DNA from: Octopus vulgaris | Lineage: Eukaryota | Assembly (NCBI GenBank): GCA_951406725.2 | Contig: OX597822.1 | Location: 100,440,001-100,504,000, forward strand | DNA: 64,000 nucleotides | Direction: 5' to 3' | Part shown: piece after piece, positions 1 to 11,870 of the stretch | How the letters are laid out: each line of letters opens with the position of its first letter | Numbering within the stretch: the first letter of the stretch is position 1 | Notes under the pieces: generated by a model | What the model saw: the letters and a program-made list of their open reading frames with translations, nothing else | The model's database searches: none | What the model was told of the DNA's origin: nothing | Program-made: the position numbers and the translations under genes

Positions 1-220
1 CATACATACATACATACATACATACATACATACACACATACATACATACATACATACACACATACATACACACATACCATTTCTGCTTAATGCCCAAGGC
101 ATCAGCCCTTCCACCAATACACAAAAATGGAAGATAAGATTCCTGGAGGACTGGGTCGAGGCCCATCCAAACCACATCCCTTTCTTCGTCCTCACTGAAA
201 CCCATCTTAGTGACCTCCAC

Positions 221-2629
221 TTGGAAGCCGAGGTGAAAGTTAAAAATTTCAAAACCATTCGTGCTGATCGTGTTGGCAGAAGAAAGGGTGGGACTGCCAT
301 TTATGTCCATGATTCATTCTCAACAGAAGCCATGAACATATTTTCGAATGGATACTGCGAAGCAGTCGCTGTATTCAGTCAAACCAACAACTTAACAGTA
401 GTTGGGCTCTACAGACCACCCCAAACGCCCCTACCATGCTTCAAGGAATGCCTCAACAGCATAAAGTGTTTCATTCAGCAGTGTCAACCTGACAACATTT
501 TAATGATGGGAGATTTCAACCTTCCCGGGGTTGACTGGTCTACAAACAGTCTGCCGCCAGGTTCTTCTCTCTCAACCCCTGACAGGGAGGCAGTGGAATC
601 GCTTCTTGACTTCATGGATGACTTCTTCTTGTCCCAACTGGTACTCGAACCAACGAGATGTCACAAAAACGTCTTAGACTTAATTTTCAGCAATCACACT
701 GATACTATCCACAATATTGCAGTGGAGAAAACCCTACTCTCCGACCATGACATGGTTCTCTGTGATCTGAGATTTCACTGGCCAAAATGCAAAACAAATG
801 TCATCCCTCCTGTTCATCCATTTGACACTATGGATTTCCACAATGCAAACTGGGAAGCGATCAATAATGATCTTGCACAAGTCGATTGGTCCTTCACGCA
901 CACATACACACCCACTAACATCAAAAAGTCCTGGCAGTCACTTGTAGACACCATCACGAACATATGTGCAAGACACACCCCATTAAGATCTGCAAACAAA
1001 TCTAAGTGTCGAATCCCTAGAAATAGAAAATCTCTCATAAGGAAAATTAAAAGAATCAACAAAAAGATCAACATGCTGAAATACTGTCAACAGCAACACA
1101 CCAACCTGACTGCCATCTCGTCGCTAGAGATTAAAAAACATAAACTCCAAAACAACATGATGTCTATCATCAATAGTCAGCGAAGAGCTGAAGAGGCCTG
1201 GGCCATTGAGAAGATCAAACTCAATCCCAAAGTGTTCTTTTCATTTGCAAAAAAACACAGAGTCACTGGTTCTACTGTTGGCCCTCTGATTGATGAAAAT
1301 GGTATTCTTCAAGACAATGCCAAAACCATGGGAGAAATATTGCAGAAACAATATTGCTCTGTTTTCAGCAATCCTGATATGACTGATCTGGGCTGTATCA
1401 GTGATGTTACTCCCCAATACACTTTATCGGACATAACATTTGGCGCTCCTGATGTCTTAGCAGCAATAAAGGAAATGAAGCATAATTCAGCAGTAGGTCC
1501 CGATAGGTTCCCTGCTTGTGTCTTGAAGATGTGTCAAAACCAACTTGCACCCCCTCTAGCCAATCTGTGGCGGAACTCATTGGATGCTGGATATATACCA
1601 GAAGACCTTCTATCCCAGTCTGTTGTCCCAGTTTTCAAAAAAGGAAACAAATCGCTTGCCGTGAATTACCGTCCAATCTCACTCACCTCTCATATCATCA
1701 AGGTATTTGAGAGGGTGCTGAGATCGCGTATGACTCACTTCCTTGAGAGTCATAATATGCTGAACCCCAACCAGCATGGATTCCGTAATGTGAGAGATTG
1801 CCTGACGCAGCTACTGCATCATTTTGATGACATTTTGAGAGCCTTGGGAGAGGGTTCCAACACTGATGTCATCTACCTTGATTTCAGCAAGGCCTTTGAC
1901 AGGGTTGATCATAAGATCCTTCTGAGAAAGCTGTCCAATATTGGTGTCACTGGAAAGCTGCTGCAATGGATCAAGTGCTTCCTCTCTAACAGAACCCAAC
2001 ATGTTGTAGTCGAAGGAGTCAAATCCAGCCCAGCCAAAGTCAGCAGTGGTGTCCCACAAGGCACTGTGTTGGGCCCACTTCTCTTCATCATCTACATAAA
2101 TGATATTAGTGACACCATCAAACACAGCAACATCAGAACCTTCGCTGATGATTCCAAGCTCCAGAAGGTCATCAATGGCGTGGATGACCGAATAAACCTT
2201 CAGTCAGACCTACTGGCTGTTGTCCAATGGGCGGAAAAGAATAACATGTTGCTAAATGAAGACAAATTCGAACTGATCCACTTTGGAAGGGAGGACGCTC
2301 TGAAACTCCCATACTCTCTTCCTTCTGGAGAAATTCTCATGGCATCCAACAACATCAGAGACCTGGGAGTAACAGTGGACAACAACATAAGCTGGGCTAC
2401 ACATATAAGCAGCAAAGTTGACATGGCCCGCAGAATGTGTTCCTGGATTCTCAGAACCTTCCAGTCGAGAGATTCCCACGCTATTATCCTTCTCTTCTCC
2501 ACTTTTGCCCGACCCCACCTTGAATACTGCTGTCCACTGTGGTCTCCCTACACAAAACAAAATATTATGAGAATTGAAGCTCCCCAAAGGTCAATCACAA
2601 AAAAGACCTTGACTACTGGGGTAGACTAG
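221..2629 (+). CDS. LINE ORF2 (APE-RT), main uninterrupted part
   Basis: 802-aa ORF with full APE and RT motif sets; ends at a frameshift near 2605. Confidence 0.9.
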   Translation: MEAEVKVKNFKTIRADRVGRRKGGTAIYVHDSFSTEAMNIFSNGYCEAVAVFSQTNNLTVVGLYRPPQTPLPCFKECLNSIKCFIQQCQPDNILMMGDFNLPGVDWSTNSLPPGSSLSTPDREAVESLLDFMDDFFLSQLVLEPTRCHKNVLDLIFSNHTDTIHNIAVEKTLLSDHDMVLCDLRFHWPKCKTNVIPPVHPFDTMDFHNANWEAINNDLAQVDWSFTHTYTPTNIKKSWQSLVDTITNICARHTPLRSANKSKCRIPRNRKSLIRKIKRINKKINMLKYCQQQHTNLTAISSLEIKKHKLQNNMMSIINSQRRAEEAWAIEKIKLNPKVFFSFAKKHRVTGSTVGPLIDENGILQDNAKTMGEILQKQYCSVFSNPDMTDLGCISDVTPQYTLSDITFGAPDVLAAIKEMKHNSAVGPDRFPACVLKMCQNQLAPPLANLWRNSLDAGYIPEDLLSQSVVPVFKKGNKSLAVNYRPISLTSHIIKVFERVLRSRMTHFLESHNMLNPNQHGFRNVRDCLTQLLHHFDDILRALGEGSNTDVIYLDFSKAFDRVDHKILLRKLSNIGVTGKLLQWIKCFLSNRTQHVVVEGVKSSPAKVSSGVPQGTVLGPLLFIIYINDISDTIKHSNIRTFADDSKLQKVINGVDDRINLQSDLLAVVQWAEKNNMLLNEDKFELIHFGREDALKLPYSLPSGEILMASNNIRDLGVTVDNNISWATHISSKVDMARRMCSWILRTFQSRDSHAIILLFSTFARPHLEYCCPLWSPYTKQNIMRIEAPQRSITKKTLTTGVD

Positions 2630-3012
2630 AGAAGCTGAAATTGTATTCACTCCAACGACGCCGTGAACGCTACATTATCTGTATGATGTGGAAAATATTC
2701 CATCAGCACTGTCCGAATGATGTTGGCATCACCTTCAAAATGCATCCAAGGCTTGGACCACGTGCCATCCGTCCACAACAAAAATCTAAATCGCATCACA
2801 TAACGACAATACGGCACAACTATTTCACCTCAATTGGACCCGCTCTCTTCAACATTACACCAGGACACGTCAAAAAAGAAACTGACCACACAAAATTCAA
2901 GAAGTCTTTGGACAAATTCCTTCAAACAGTACCGGACAAACCATCCACACCCGGATATGTCTCCGCAAACAATAACTCTCTGCTCGAATGGGCCTTGGTG
3001 CCCAAATCCTGA
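2605..3012 (+). pseudogene. Frameshifted C-terminus of the same ORF2
   Basis: DLDYWGRLEKLKLYSLQRRRERY continues in another frame. Confidence 0.85.
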
Positions 3013-3363
3013 ACTGAAAGACTTCGCCAGGTGGTGCTATTAAGTTAGACATGGCCTGGGCCAATACTGGCCAAAAACCTTTCTAAGTTATTCTATTCAT
3101 ACATACATACATACATACATACGCACATACATACGTACATACATACATGCATACATACATACATTCATACATACATACATACATATGCCTACATAGGGTG
3201 GCTGGACAAAATAATGGAAATATCTTGTCGAAAAGAAGTTTTATCATTTGATTAGGGTCCAGCCTTGGCATCAATCAGAAATTTAATGTCAAGGAATTGA
3301 GACGTACAAGTTCTGAACAGTTTCTAAGGGAATTTTGAGCTATTCTTCAATTAAAACCTACAT

Positions 3364-3760
3364 AGGCGCAGGAGTGGCTGTGTGGTAAGTAGCTTGCTAA
3401 ACAACCACATGGTTCCGGGTTCAGTCCCACTGCGTGGCATCTTGGGCAAGTGTCTTCTGCTATAGCCTCGGGCCGACCAATGCCTTGTGAGTGGATTTGG
3501 CAGACGGAAACTGAAAGAAGCCTGTCGTATATATGTATGTATATATATATATGTATGTGTGTGTTTGTGTGTCTGTGTCTGTCCCCCTAGCATTGCTTGA
3601 CAACCGATGCTGGTGTGTTTACGTCCCCGTAACGTAGCGGTTCGGCAAAAGAGCCCGATAGAATAAGTACTGGGCTTACAAAGAATAAGTGCCGGATTAA
3701 ATGCGGTGCTCCAGCATGGCCGCAGTCAAATGACTGAAACAAGTAAAAGAGTAAAGAGTA
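3364..3760 (+). mobile_element. tRNA-derived SINE, family 1 (internal microsatellite)
   Basis: A/B-box head TGGCTGTGTGG...GGTTCAGTCCC, internal (TA/TG)n, tail GAAACAAGTAAAAGAG; many copies in the window. Confidence 0.9.
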
Positions 3761-3999
3761 TTAGTTCTTTCAGCGAAAATGACGGAGAGAAGCGGCTCCC
3801 CACGAGCTGCTCAAAAATGCACCGTAAATTTCGATTATGTTGAGACACGGTGATTGTGGAGGGCCAACTCAAGTGGTCTATTTCACATTTGTGATCTTCG
3901 TACCAATTTTGAACAATATTTAATATTAGCCGTGTGAATCGGTGCATTATCGTTCTGAAAGATTGCGCTACCAACAAAGAACAATGTTTGTACCACTGG

Positions 4000-4357
4000 C
4001 TTGCTAACCAACCACATGGTTCCGGGTTCAGTCCCACTGCGTGGCATCTTGGGCAAGTGTCTTCTGCTATAGCCCCGGGCCGACCAATGCCTTGTGAGTG
4101 GATTTGGTAGACGGAAACTGAAAGAAGCCTGTCGTATATATGTATATATATATAAGTGTGTGTGAATATGTTTGTGTGTCTGTGTTTGTTCCCCTAGCAT
4201 TGCTTGACAACCGATGCTGGTGTGTTTACGTCCCCGTAACGTAGCGGTTCGGCAAAAGAGCCCGATAGAATAAGTACTGGGCTTACAAAGAATAAGTGCC
4301 GGATTAAAGGCGGTGCTCCAGCATAGCCGCAGTCAAATGACTGAAACAAGTAAAAGA
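4000..4357 (+). mobile_element. SINE family 1, 5'-truncated, flanked by a 68-bp direct repeat
   Basis: Near-identical to 3390-3750. Flanks 3932-3999 and 4358-4425 are duplicated. Confidence 0.9.
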
Positions 4358-4467
4358 GTGTGAATCTGTGCATTATCGTCCTGAAAGATTGCGCTACCAA
4401 CAAAGAACAAAGTTTGTACCGCTGGATAGATATAATCAGTCAAAATACTCAGATAATCCTTGATGTT

Positions 4468-4852
4468 GGAAGCACTCCGTCGGTTACGACGACGAGGGTT
4501 CCGGTTGATCCGAATCAACGGAACAGCCTGCTCGTGAAATTAACGTGTAAGTGGCTGAGCACTCCACAGACACGTGTACCCTTAACGTAGTTCTCGGGGA
4601 TATTCAGCGTGACACAGAGAGTGACAAGGCCGGCCCTTTGAAATACAGGTACAACAGAAGCAGGAAGTAAGAGTGAGAGAAAGTTGTGATGAAAGAGTAC
4701 AGCAGGGATCACCACCATCCCCTGCCGGAGCGTCGTGGAACTTTTAGGTGTTTTCGCTCAATAAAGACTCACAACGCCCGGTCTGGGAATCGAAACCGCT
4801 ATCCTATGACCGCGAGTCCGCTGCCCTAACCACTGAGCCATTGCTCCTCCAC
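4468..4852 (-). mobile_element. tRNA-Arg-like SINE, family 2 (octopus OR-type)
   Basis: Head with TCG anticodon-like GACTCGCGGTC; 13-bp TSD AATCCTTGATGTT at 4455 and 4853. Confidence 0.9.
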
Positions 4853-5240
4853 AATCCTTGATGTTAACCCTGCGATGTAGTGCAACTAAAGGGCTAAGAG
4901 AATTCTGTGATTTGGTTGGCCAAAACATCATACAATCACTCCATGCTTCACTGTCGGGGACAACTAGTCAGGGTTGAAGGCTTGTTTGTTCTGTCTCCAG
5001 AGACAAACTTATCCCGAAGTGAGAAAAAGGATAAATAATGATTGATCAGAGAAGTTAACTTTGTTCTTTTGAGCCATTGCCCACTTCTGAAAATCGAAGC
5101 ATCATTCCCTCCACCCACTACTTATGAATGTTGATAGGGGACAGAAGAGGTTTAGCACTTGCTGCCTTTCTATGTTAATCAGCTTTATGGGGTTCGTGAC
5201 AACCAGTTATGGTTGACGCAAGATTGGCATGGTGGTGGTT

Positions 5241-5547
5241 TTTTTGTTTGTTCCTTCTCGAGCCATGCCTAGCTCATAAGGGCCGGTTTCCCGGTTTCTT
5301 AGCGTATAGGTTCCCCACCTGGACGGGACGCCGGTCCATCGCAGGTGAGCTGCAAGATGCAGGAGGAAAGAGTGAGAGAAAGTTGTGGCGAAAGAGTCAG
5401 CAGAAGTTTCGCCATTACCTTCTGCCGGAGTCACGTGGAGCTTAGGTGTTTCGCTCATAAACACACACATCATCCGGTCTGAGATTCGAACCAGCGATCC
5501 CTCGACCGCGAGTCCGCTGCTTTAACCACTAGGCCATGTGCCTCCAC
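5241..5547 (-). mobile_element. tRNA-Arg-like SINE with a different 3' body
   Basis: Same head type as family 2; TSD ATGGTGGTGGTT at 5229 and 5549. Confidence 0.85.
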
Positions 5548-6162
5548 GATGGTGGTGGTTGAGCTCTGCTGTCACTTTTGCTGCTGTACCTTGATGGTTT
5601 TTGGACAATATGTTTCACAATTCTGCCGTCTCGCTCAGTGAATTTTTCCTTTATCCAAAATTATTCTTGCCAGAACTGGTTTTGGTTTTACTTTGGTTTT
5701 GGAATACCAACAGGATTTTAGTAGCTCTCGAAACATTAAACAATTCAGCAGGTTTTAGTGACTGAAACTCCACCCATCTACGCTCCAACAATTTGTCCTC
5801 CGAGGAAATCAGATAGACCGTGCTATTCTAACTTATTTGAATATAATATCTGCCCAAAAATAAAGATAAAAAAGAAAGAAAAACAGAGATCTGTATCATT
5901 AAGTATACGTTTTGCACATGGACACATATACACAGACTAGAACAGTTTTGAATTAGTGATATTGCCAAGAGAAAAAGCAGTTAAATTAAAGTGGAGTTTC
6001 CATTATTTTGTTCAACTCTTGTATATATATATATATATATATATATTAATGTATTTTTTTAGAATATAAAGCCATAATAAAAACAATTTAACATTAAAGT
6101 GAAGAATTACACCAAACTTTTTAGCGGAGTACATGTTTATTAAACTTTTACAAAGTAAAGGT

Positions 6163-6295
6163 TGATAGCGACTTCGAAGTGATAGTGACTTCGAAGTGAT
6201 AGTGACTTCGAAGTGATAGTGACTTCGAAGTGATAGTGACTTCGAAGTGACAGTGACTTCGAAGTGATAGTGACTTCGAAGTGATAGTGACTTCG
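6163..6295. repeat. 17-bp minisatellite (GTGACTTCGAAGTGATA) x ~7.8
   Basis: Palindrome ACTTCGAAGT at 6171, 6188, 6205, 6222, 6239, 6256 and 6273. Confidence 0.95.
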
Positions 6296-6327
6296 GCTTA
6301 CTCACGACTGTATATGTATATGTATAG

Positions 6328-6377
<50 letters not shown>

Positions 6378-7419
6378 ATGTGTGTGCATGTGTATATATG
6401 TGTGTGTGTGCGTGAGTGTATATGTCATTGCATCTCTATGTATGCGTTTATGTTGTGTCCCTTTATGCCCCATAACTTAGCGGTTCAACATATAGATATT
6501 GATAAAAATAAATTCTAGGTTGAAATAAGTACTGTAGTCGATACGATCGACTATATTTCTTTGCAGACGATGTCCCGGCACGGCCACAGTATAAGTTAAA
6601 TAAACCCAGTAAGCATGTGAAATAGTAAAAAGAATAACAGGAGAGTCAAATCAACTAACCTTTTCCTTCGTGCGACAACCAAAAAATTAGAACGGGAACT
6701 TGAAATATAAAGAATGATACAGCTTATTATTGTCGTTTAAAGAGATCTCTGTCTCTCGTCTGTTATAGTGAGAATGTTAAATCAAACTCAGAATGCAGAA
6801 GTGAAACGAACTAAAACACTAATCGTAATCATGATTATAATTAAATAAACGGATATATGCAAATACATAATATATATAGAAATAAATTAAGAGAAAAAAA
6901 AAGAACAAAAAAAAAAAACAAAGAGTTTGTTTTCTACTTCCGGTGACACGTGATTCTGCTTTTGGTGTTTGATATGCTGGGGAATAAAATCACGTAAATG
7001 TTGCTAAAATGATTTTACGGTTCACTGCATTTAATATCATCATCAAGCATAACATGTTTGTTGTTGTTTGTTTTTAATTTGTTGTTAGACGTTTTGTTGT
7101 TTGTGCTGTTGTTGTTTTAATGCTCATAATCTTTTTTCTTCACCTCCGACTAATCTCATACCAAAGAAGTTTATTTATATATTTATTTGTTTGTTTGTTA
7201 ATTAATTAATTGATTTATTCATTTATCTATTTTGCATGTCTGAGTAGATATGTGTGGGAGATGGGATGCGATGGTGGAGGTTTCACGGATTTTAAATTAT
7301 TTTCCTTCGTTATCTTAATCTGTTGTCAATTCTTCCTAACACCGTCCCCACTATCACCATCAACTCTCCCTAATCTCAGCCCTTCTGTCTCCCTTCTTCT
7401 CTCCTCTCCTCTCTCATAT

Positions 7420-7597
7420 GACTCATCATCATCATCATCATCATCACCATCATCATCATTATCATTACGGTCGTGGTCGTGGTCGTCATCGTCGTTGTCA
7501 ATGTCGTCGTCATCATCATTTTCATCATTGACGTGGCCATCATCGCTGCCGTCGTTGTCGTCATCGTCATCATCACCACCACCACCACCACCATCAC

Positions 7598-7648
<51 letters not shown>

Positions 7649-7720
7649 TTTCATCATCAATGTTCCTGTCGTCATCATCGTAGTCATCAGTGTCTCCGTC
7701 GCCGTCGTCGTTACCACCAC
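7420..7720. repeat. Compound (CAT/CGT/CAC)n trinucleotide tract
   Basis: Direct reading. Confidence 0.95.
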
Positions 7721-7786
7721 TTTAGTGATGTTCCAATGACCCATTGACTCCAGATCTCGCTGTTCTTTTATAAACAACAGAATTTC

Positions 7787-7977
7787 TTATTTCGTTTTTG
7801 GATTTGGTTTGCAAGATTCTTTATGTGAGTTCGTGTGTTGAAGACTATTGAAAAGGTTGCAAGACGCAACGAAAATTTTAGGAAAATGAAAATAAGAAAT
7901 AAGTGGAAATTTTACCGGCGAGTGTGTTAAATTATTAGGCACAAAAAGAAAATGACTCTCACCAGGCACAACAGAAT
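7787..7977 (-). mobile_element. Short interspersed repeat with an internal inversion (same family as 36635-36938)
   Basis: Both blocks recur at 36759-36938 in a different relative orientation; 18-bp flanking direct repeat. Confidence 0.75.
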
Positions 7978-8934
7978 TCCTTATTCTTTTACTGTTTTCA
8001 GCCATTCTGGATCACCTATCTAGTGTATTATCGATTACATCATTTTCCATTTCTACTGTTATTTATCTCAGCAGAAAATTGGCAAAGTCGTTAGAATATC
8101 AGATATAATACTTCACAGTATTTGTTTCGGCTTTTTACACGCTATATTCAAATCTCACCGAGGTCAAATTTATCTTTCATCATTTCGGGGGCGACAAAAG
8201 AAAGTTGAAAATATTCCTATTTAAGGTGGTGCATTGCCAGAACTGTAAGAATATCAGGCCGGATGCTTTAAAGTATTTGTTCCAGCTCTTTACATTCTGA
8301 ATTCAGACCCCACCGAGGTTAACTTTGCTTTTGCTCTTCATCGTTTCGGATCGATAAAAAAAGTACGAATCTGAGGCGGTGAATTAGCAGTATTGTAAGA
8401 ACGTCCTACCGGATGTCTTGCCGAATATGTTTTAAACATGATCTTTAAGTTGTGTTCAAATTTCGCTATAGCGTACATGGGTGGTAGACTTAAGTCGTCG
8501 TCTGTTTTAACCACCCTGTATATTAAAAGCTTTTAGCATGATCCATTCCGCTCCAAGCATTCTTACCAGGTATCCGGTTTGAAGGTACTTTACACTGCCA
8601 CCCTCAACCAGACTTGGAAGCCCTCTAAAAGGTTATTAGCATTACTTTTCCTCCTGACTAAAAGATGAAGGAAAAAAAAAGAGAATCCGAATTCAGTGCA
8701 ATCTGACAACCTTCGAAGGCCTACTGCACGAAACGTCGAGCATACTCTCTCTGTTTCTTCCTTAGAATGTAAAACAAATAACTATATACTGTGTAAGCTT
8801 ATTTGTTGTTAGAGGGTTGTTTTCGTTTCTTTTGTTTTTTTGTGCTTTTTTACTGGATTGGTTTTCTTTTTTTTTTTAAATGACAGATATTTATTTCACC
8901 GACTTCAAAAGAATAGAAAGCAAAGTAAACTTAG

Positions 8935-9445
8935 GGAGGATTAGGATATCCGGCTTACAATCATAAGGTCGGGAGTTCGATTCCTGGTGGCACGTTGTGT
9001 CCTTGAGCAAGACACTTTATTTCACATTGTTCCCGTCCAATCAGCTAGCGAAAATGAGTTGTACCTGTATCTCAAAGAACCAGCCTTGTCACATTCTGTC
9101 TCACGCTGAATTTTCGCAGTCGTAAGATCGCGATTTCGATTCCCAGACCGGGCGTTGTGAGTGTTTATTGAGCGAAAACACCTAAAGCTCCACGATATTC
9201 CGGCAGGGGTTGGGGGCGAATCCTGCTGTACTCCTTCACCACAACTTTCTCTCACTCTTTCTTCCTGTTTCTGTTGTACCTTTATTTCAAAGGGTCAGCC
9301 TTGTCACACTGAATCTCCTCGAGAACTACATTAAGGGTACATGTGTCCGTGGAGTGCTCAGCCACTTGCACGTTAATTTCATGAGCAGGCTGTTCCGTTC
9401 ATCGAACCAACGGAAATCGCCGTCGTCGTAACCGACGGAGTGCCA
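8935..9445 (+). mobile_element. Two joined tRNA-derived SINEs (older TGTGTCCTTGAGCAAGACACT type + truncated family 2)
   Basis: B-box GTTCGATTCC; homology to 44340-44670, 61800-62108 and 20151-20540. Confidence 0.8.
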
Positions 9446-10164
9446 ATTTATTCTATCATCGACCCACCATTAGCTCGTATTGTTATTTCGCCGAGGTCGA
9501 CTTTGCCTTTCATAAGTACCAGTTGAGCATTGGAGTCGACGTAATCGGCTTACCCTCTCCTCCATAATTGCTGGCCTTGTGCCAAAATTTAAAATCGTTA
9601 TCTTAGAAATTTCGAAAGATGTTTTCTTGTAATGGTAGAAATTATTGACTTCAGCTTCAGTATCTTGACATTATTGAATCTCAGAAATAATTTTCCGTTT
9701 GTTGAACACCTCTATTGCTTTCACTTCGATTATCTTTAAATATCATATAATTTTGTTTTCATTTTAACCTTTGCTTTTTTTTTTAACGGCTCATTGTTTT
9801 CTTTTGAAGTAAAACGAAATATCAGGTATGTGATGGTGACTCGATCTCATAGCTGACCTCAGCTCTCTCTCTCTCTCTCTCTCTCTTATACATACATACA
9901 TACATACATACATACATACATACATACATACATACATACATACATACATAAATTCGAGGACTACATATCCAATCCATCACTGGAACTGTTAAAATCTGTA
10001 AAACTTTCCAGAAGTTTATCATTTAAATATATATGAGCGTGTCTAGATATGCAACTATATGCATGGGGATACATACATAAAACATGCAAATCTGCACATA
10101 CATACATACATACATACATACATACATACATACATACATACATACATACATACATACATACCTT

Positions 10165-10312
10165 GCGTTCTGAGTTCAAATTCCGCCGAGGTCGACTTTG
10201 CCTTTCAACCTTTCGGAGTCGATAAATTAAGTACCAGTTGCGTACTGGGGTCGATCTAATCGACTGGCCTCCTTCCCCAAAATTTCGGGCCTTGTGCCTA
10301 GAGTAGAAAAGG
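10165..10312 (+). mobile_element. SINE family 3 fragment (Meta/MESC-like central domain)
   Basis: GAGGTCGACTTTGCCTTTCA.CCTTTCGG.GTCGATAAATTAAGTACCAG core, many copies in the window. The domain name is from recall. Confidence 0.8.
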
Positions 10313-10328
10313 ATATTTTTTAAAACCT

Positions 10329-10395
<67 letters not shown>

Positions 10396-10400
10396 GTCTA

Positions 10401-10439
<39 letters not shown>

Positions 10440-10735
10440 GTCTGTCTATCTGTCTGTCTGTCTATCTATCTACCTATCTATCTATCTATCTAGCTAACTA
10501 GCTATTTCCCCACTTATACTTATGCATTTTTATATATGTATTTACATTAATTTATATAACGGTGTCTGCGCTTCATTGCGTACTGGTGTGTGAGTGTGTG
10601 TATGTATGTGTGCATCTCTGTTTGTTCGAAGGAGTTGTTTGCCCATTTCTTTTTTCTTTTTTTTTTCCTGTTTAAGAGTCAAATTAAAAAAAAAATTAAA
10701 TTATCTTCTGTGCTGCCGTTATAACTTTCTCCATT

Positions 10736-10811
<76 letters not shown>

Positions 10812-11562
10812 TCAGTTTCCCCCTCGCATCTTTCTCCCATTGACTCCCCTCTCTTCTTCATAGGAACAGTTTGGCCCATTTACTCTTTACGTTTGTTCTT
10901 TTCTCTTGCAGCTTTCATCAGGTCCCACAGTTTATTGGTGCAACATGTCACTTGCACAAAAACCTGTTACATTAGCTCAGGCGATTTCATTCTTCAACGA
11001 ACACACCACCATTAACACCAATGCCCTCATTATAACAACCTAATATGCTTGTACACAGCTCTCCTCACCTATGTTATCGCTGTCATCACGCAGACTGGTA
11101 TATAACAGGAAATGTAATCAGTAAAAATAGATCAGACGTCAGTTGTGTAAGCTGACAAAAGTGCCACCTGATTAATAAACTTGTGCTAATACGATCCTAA
11201 GCTTTTATCAACCATATCCATTTTAAAATCAACCTTATCGCTTTTTAAGTCTCCCTGTGATATTGTGCATTTGGTTGCTGTTACGCATATGAAATAGCGT
11301 TGTGGTAGAAGGCTGTCGAACGACAAACAGAGAGTGAACGTGTGCGTGAATAACAGTTGGAGACATGTTACATAAATTTTATTTCTAATGCAGTTAAATA
11401 CGTGGTGAAGATACTATTTTCAAAAGTGAGAGAAGAATTTAACATTCAATTTTGCCTGCGCGCGCGTGTGTATTTATGCATGTACGTGAGAATTTGTTAT
11501 CAATAAATTTACAGTTCTATATTTAAGAGATGTGGAATTATGTTCATTATTTCCATTATTTC

Positions 11563-11624
<62 letters not shown>

Positions 11625-11629
11625 TATTA

Positions 11630-11709
11630 TTCAGGTCACTGCTTGGAATGAAACTCGGAATGGGGTTAGTAACCCGCGCTCTTAACCACTATGCTATATG
11701 CCCGTCGGC

Positions 11710-11710
<1 letters not shown>
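11630..11710 (-). mobile_element. tRNA-like Pol III head of a SINE-like element
   Basis: Minus strand reads GCATAGTGGTTAAGAGCGCGGG...GAGTTTCATTCC (A box and degenerate B box). Confidence 0.7.
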
Positions 11711-11791
<81 letters not shown>

Positions 11792-11805
11792 TGATGATGA
11801 TGATG

Positions 11806-11870
<65 letters not shown>

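Larger units (their letters stand above)
77..3097 (+). mobile_element. 5'-truncated CR1/L2-group non-LTR retrotransposon (APE endonuclease + RT), inserted in a (CATA)n tract
   Basis: Frame is open from ~77 with APE motifs (LLNAQG, LTETHL, GDFNLP, LDLIF, SDHD) and RT motifs (YRPISLTS, QHGFR, YLDFSKAFD, GVPQGTVLGP, FADD). C-terminal LEYCCPLWSP and YSLQRRRERY follow. (CATA)n on both flanks. Confidence 0.95.
3192..6021 (-). mobile_element. Degenerate Tc1-like DNA transposon interrupted by four SINE insertions
   Basis: TIR-like ends GGACAAAATAATGGAAA / TTTCCATTATTTTGTTC. Minus-strand remnants AIFQDDNA.IH and LSDF.RGQIVGA. Confidence 0.8.

Noticed and set aside
6163-6295. CRISPR-like palindromic repeats
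   Set aside because: The spacers are identical 7-mers, the context is eukaryotic and there are no cas genes.
10891-11043. Strong splice acceptor followed by a short open frame
   Set aside because: No recognisable protein, donor or partner exon; cannot be supported without RNA data.
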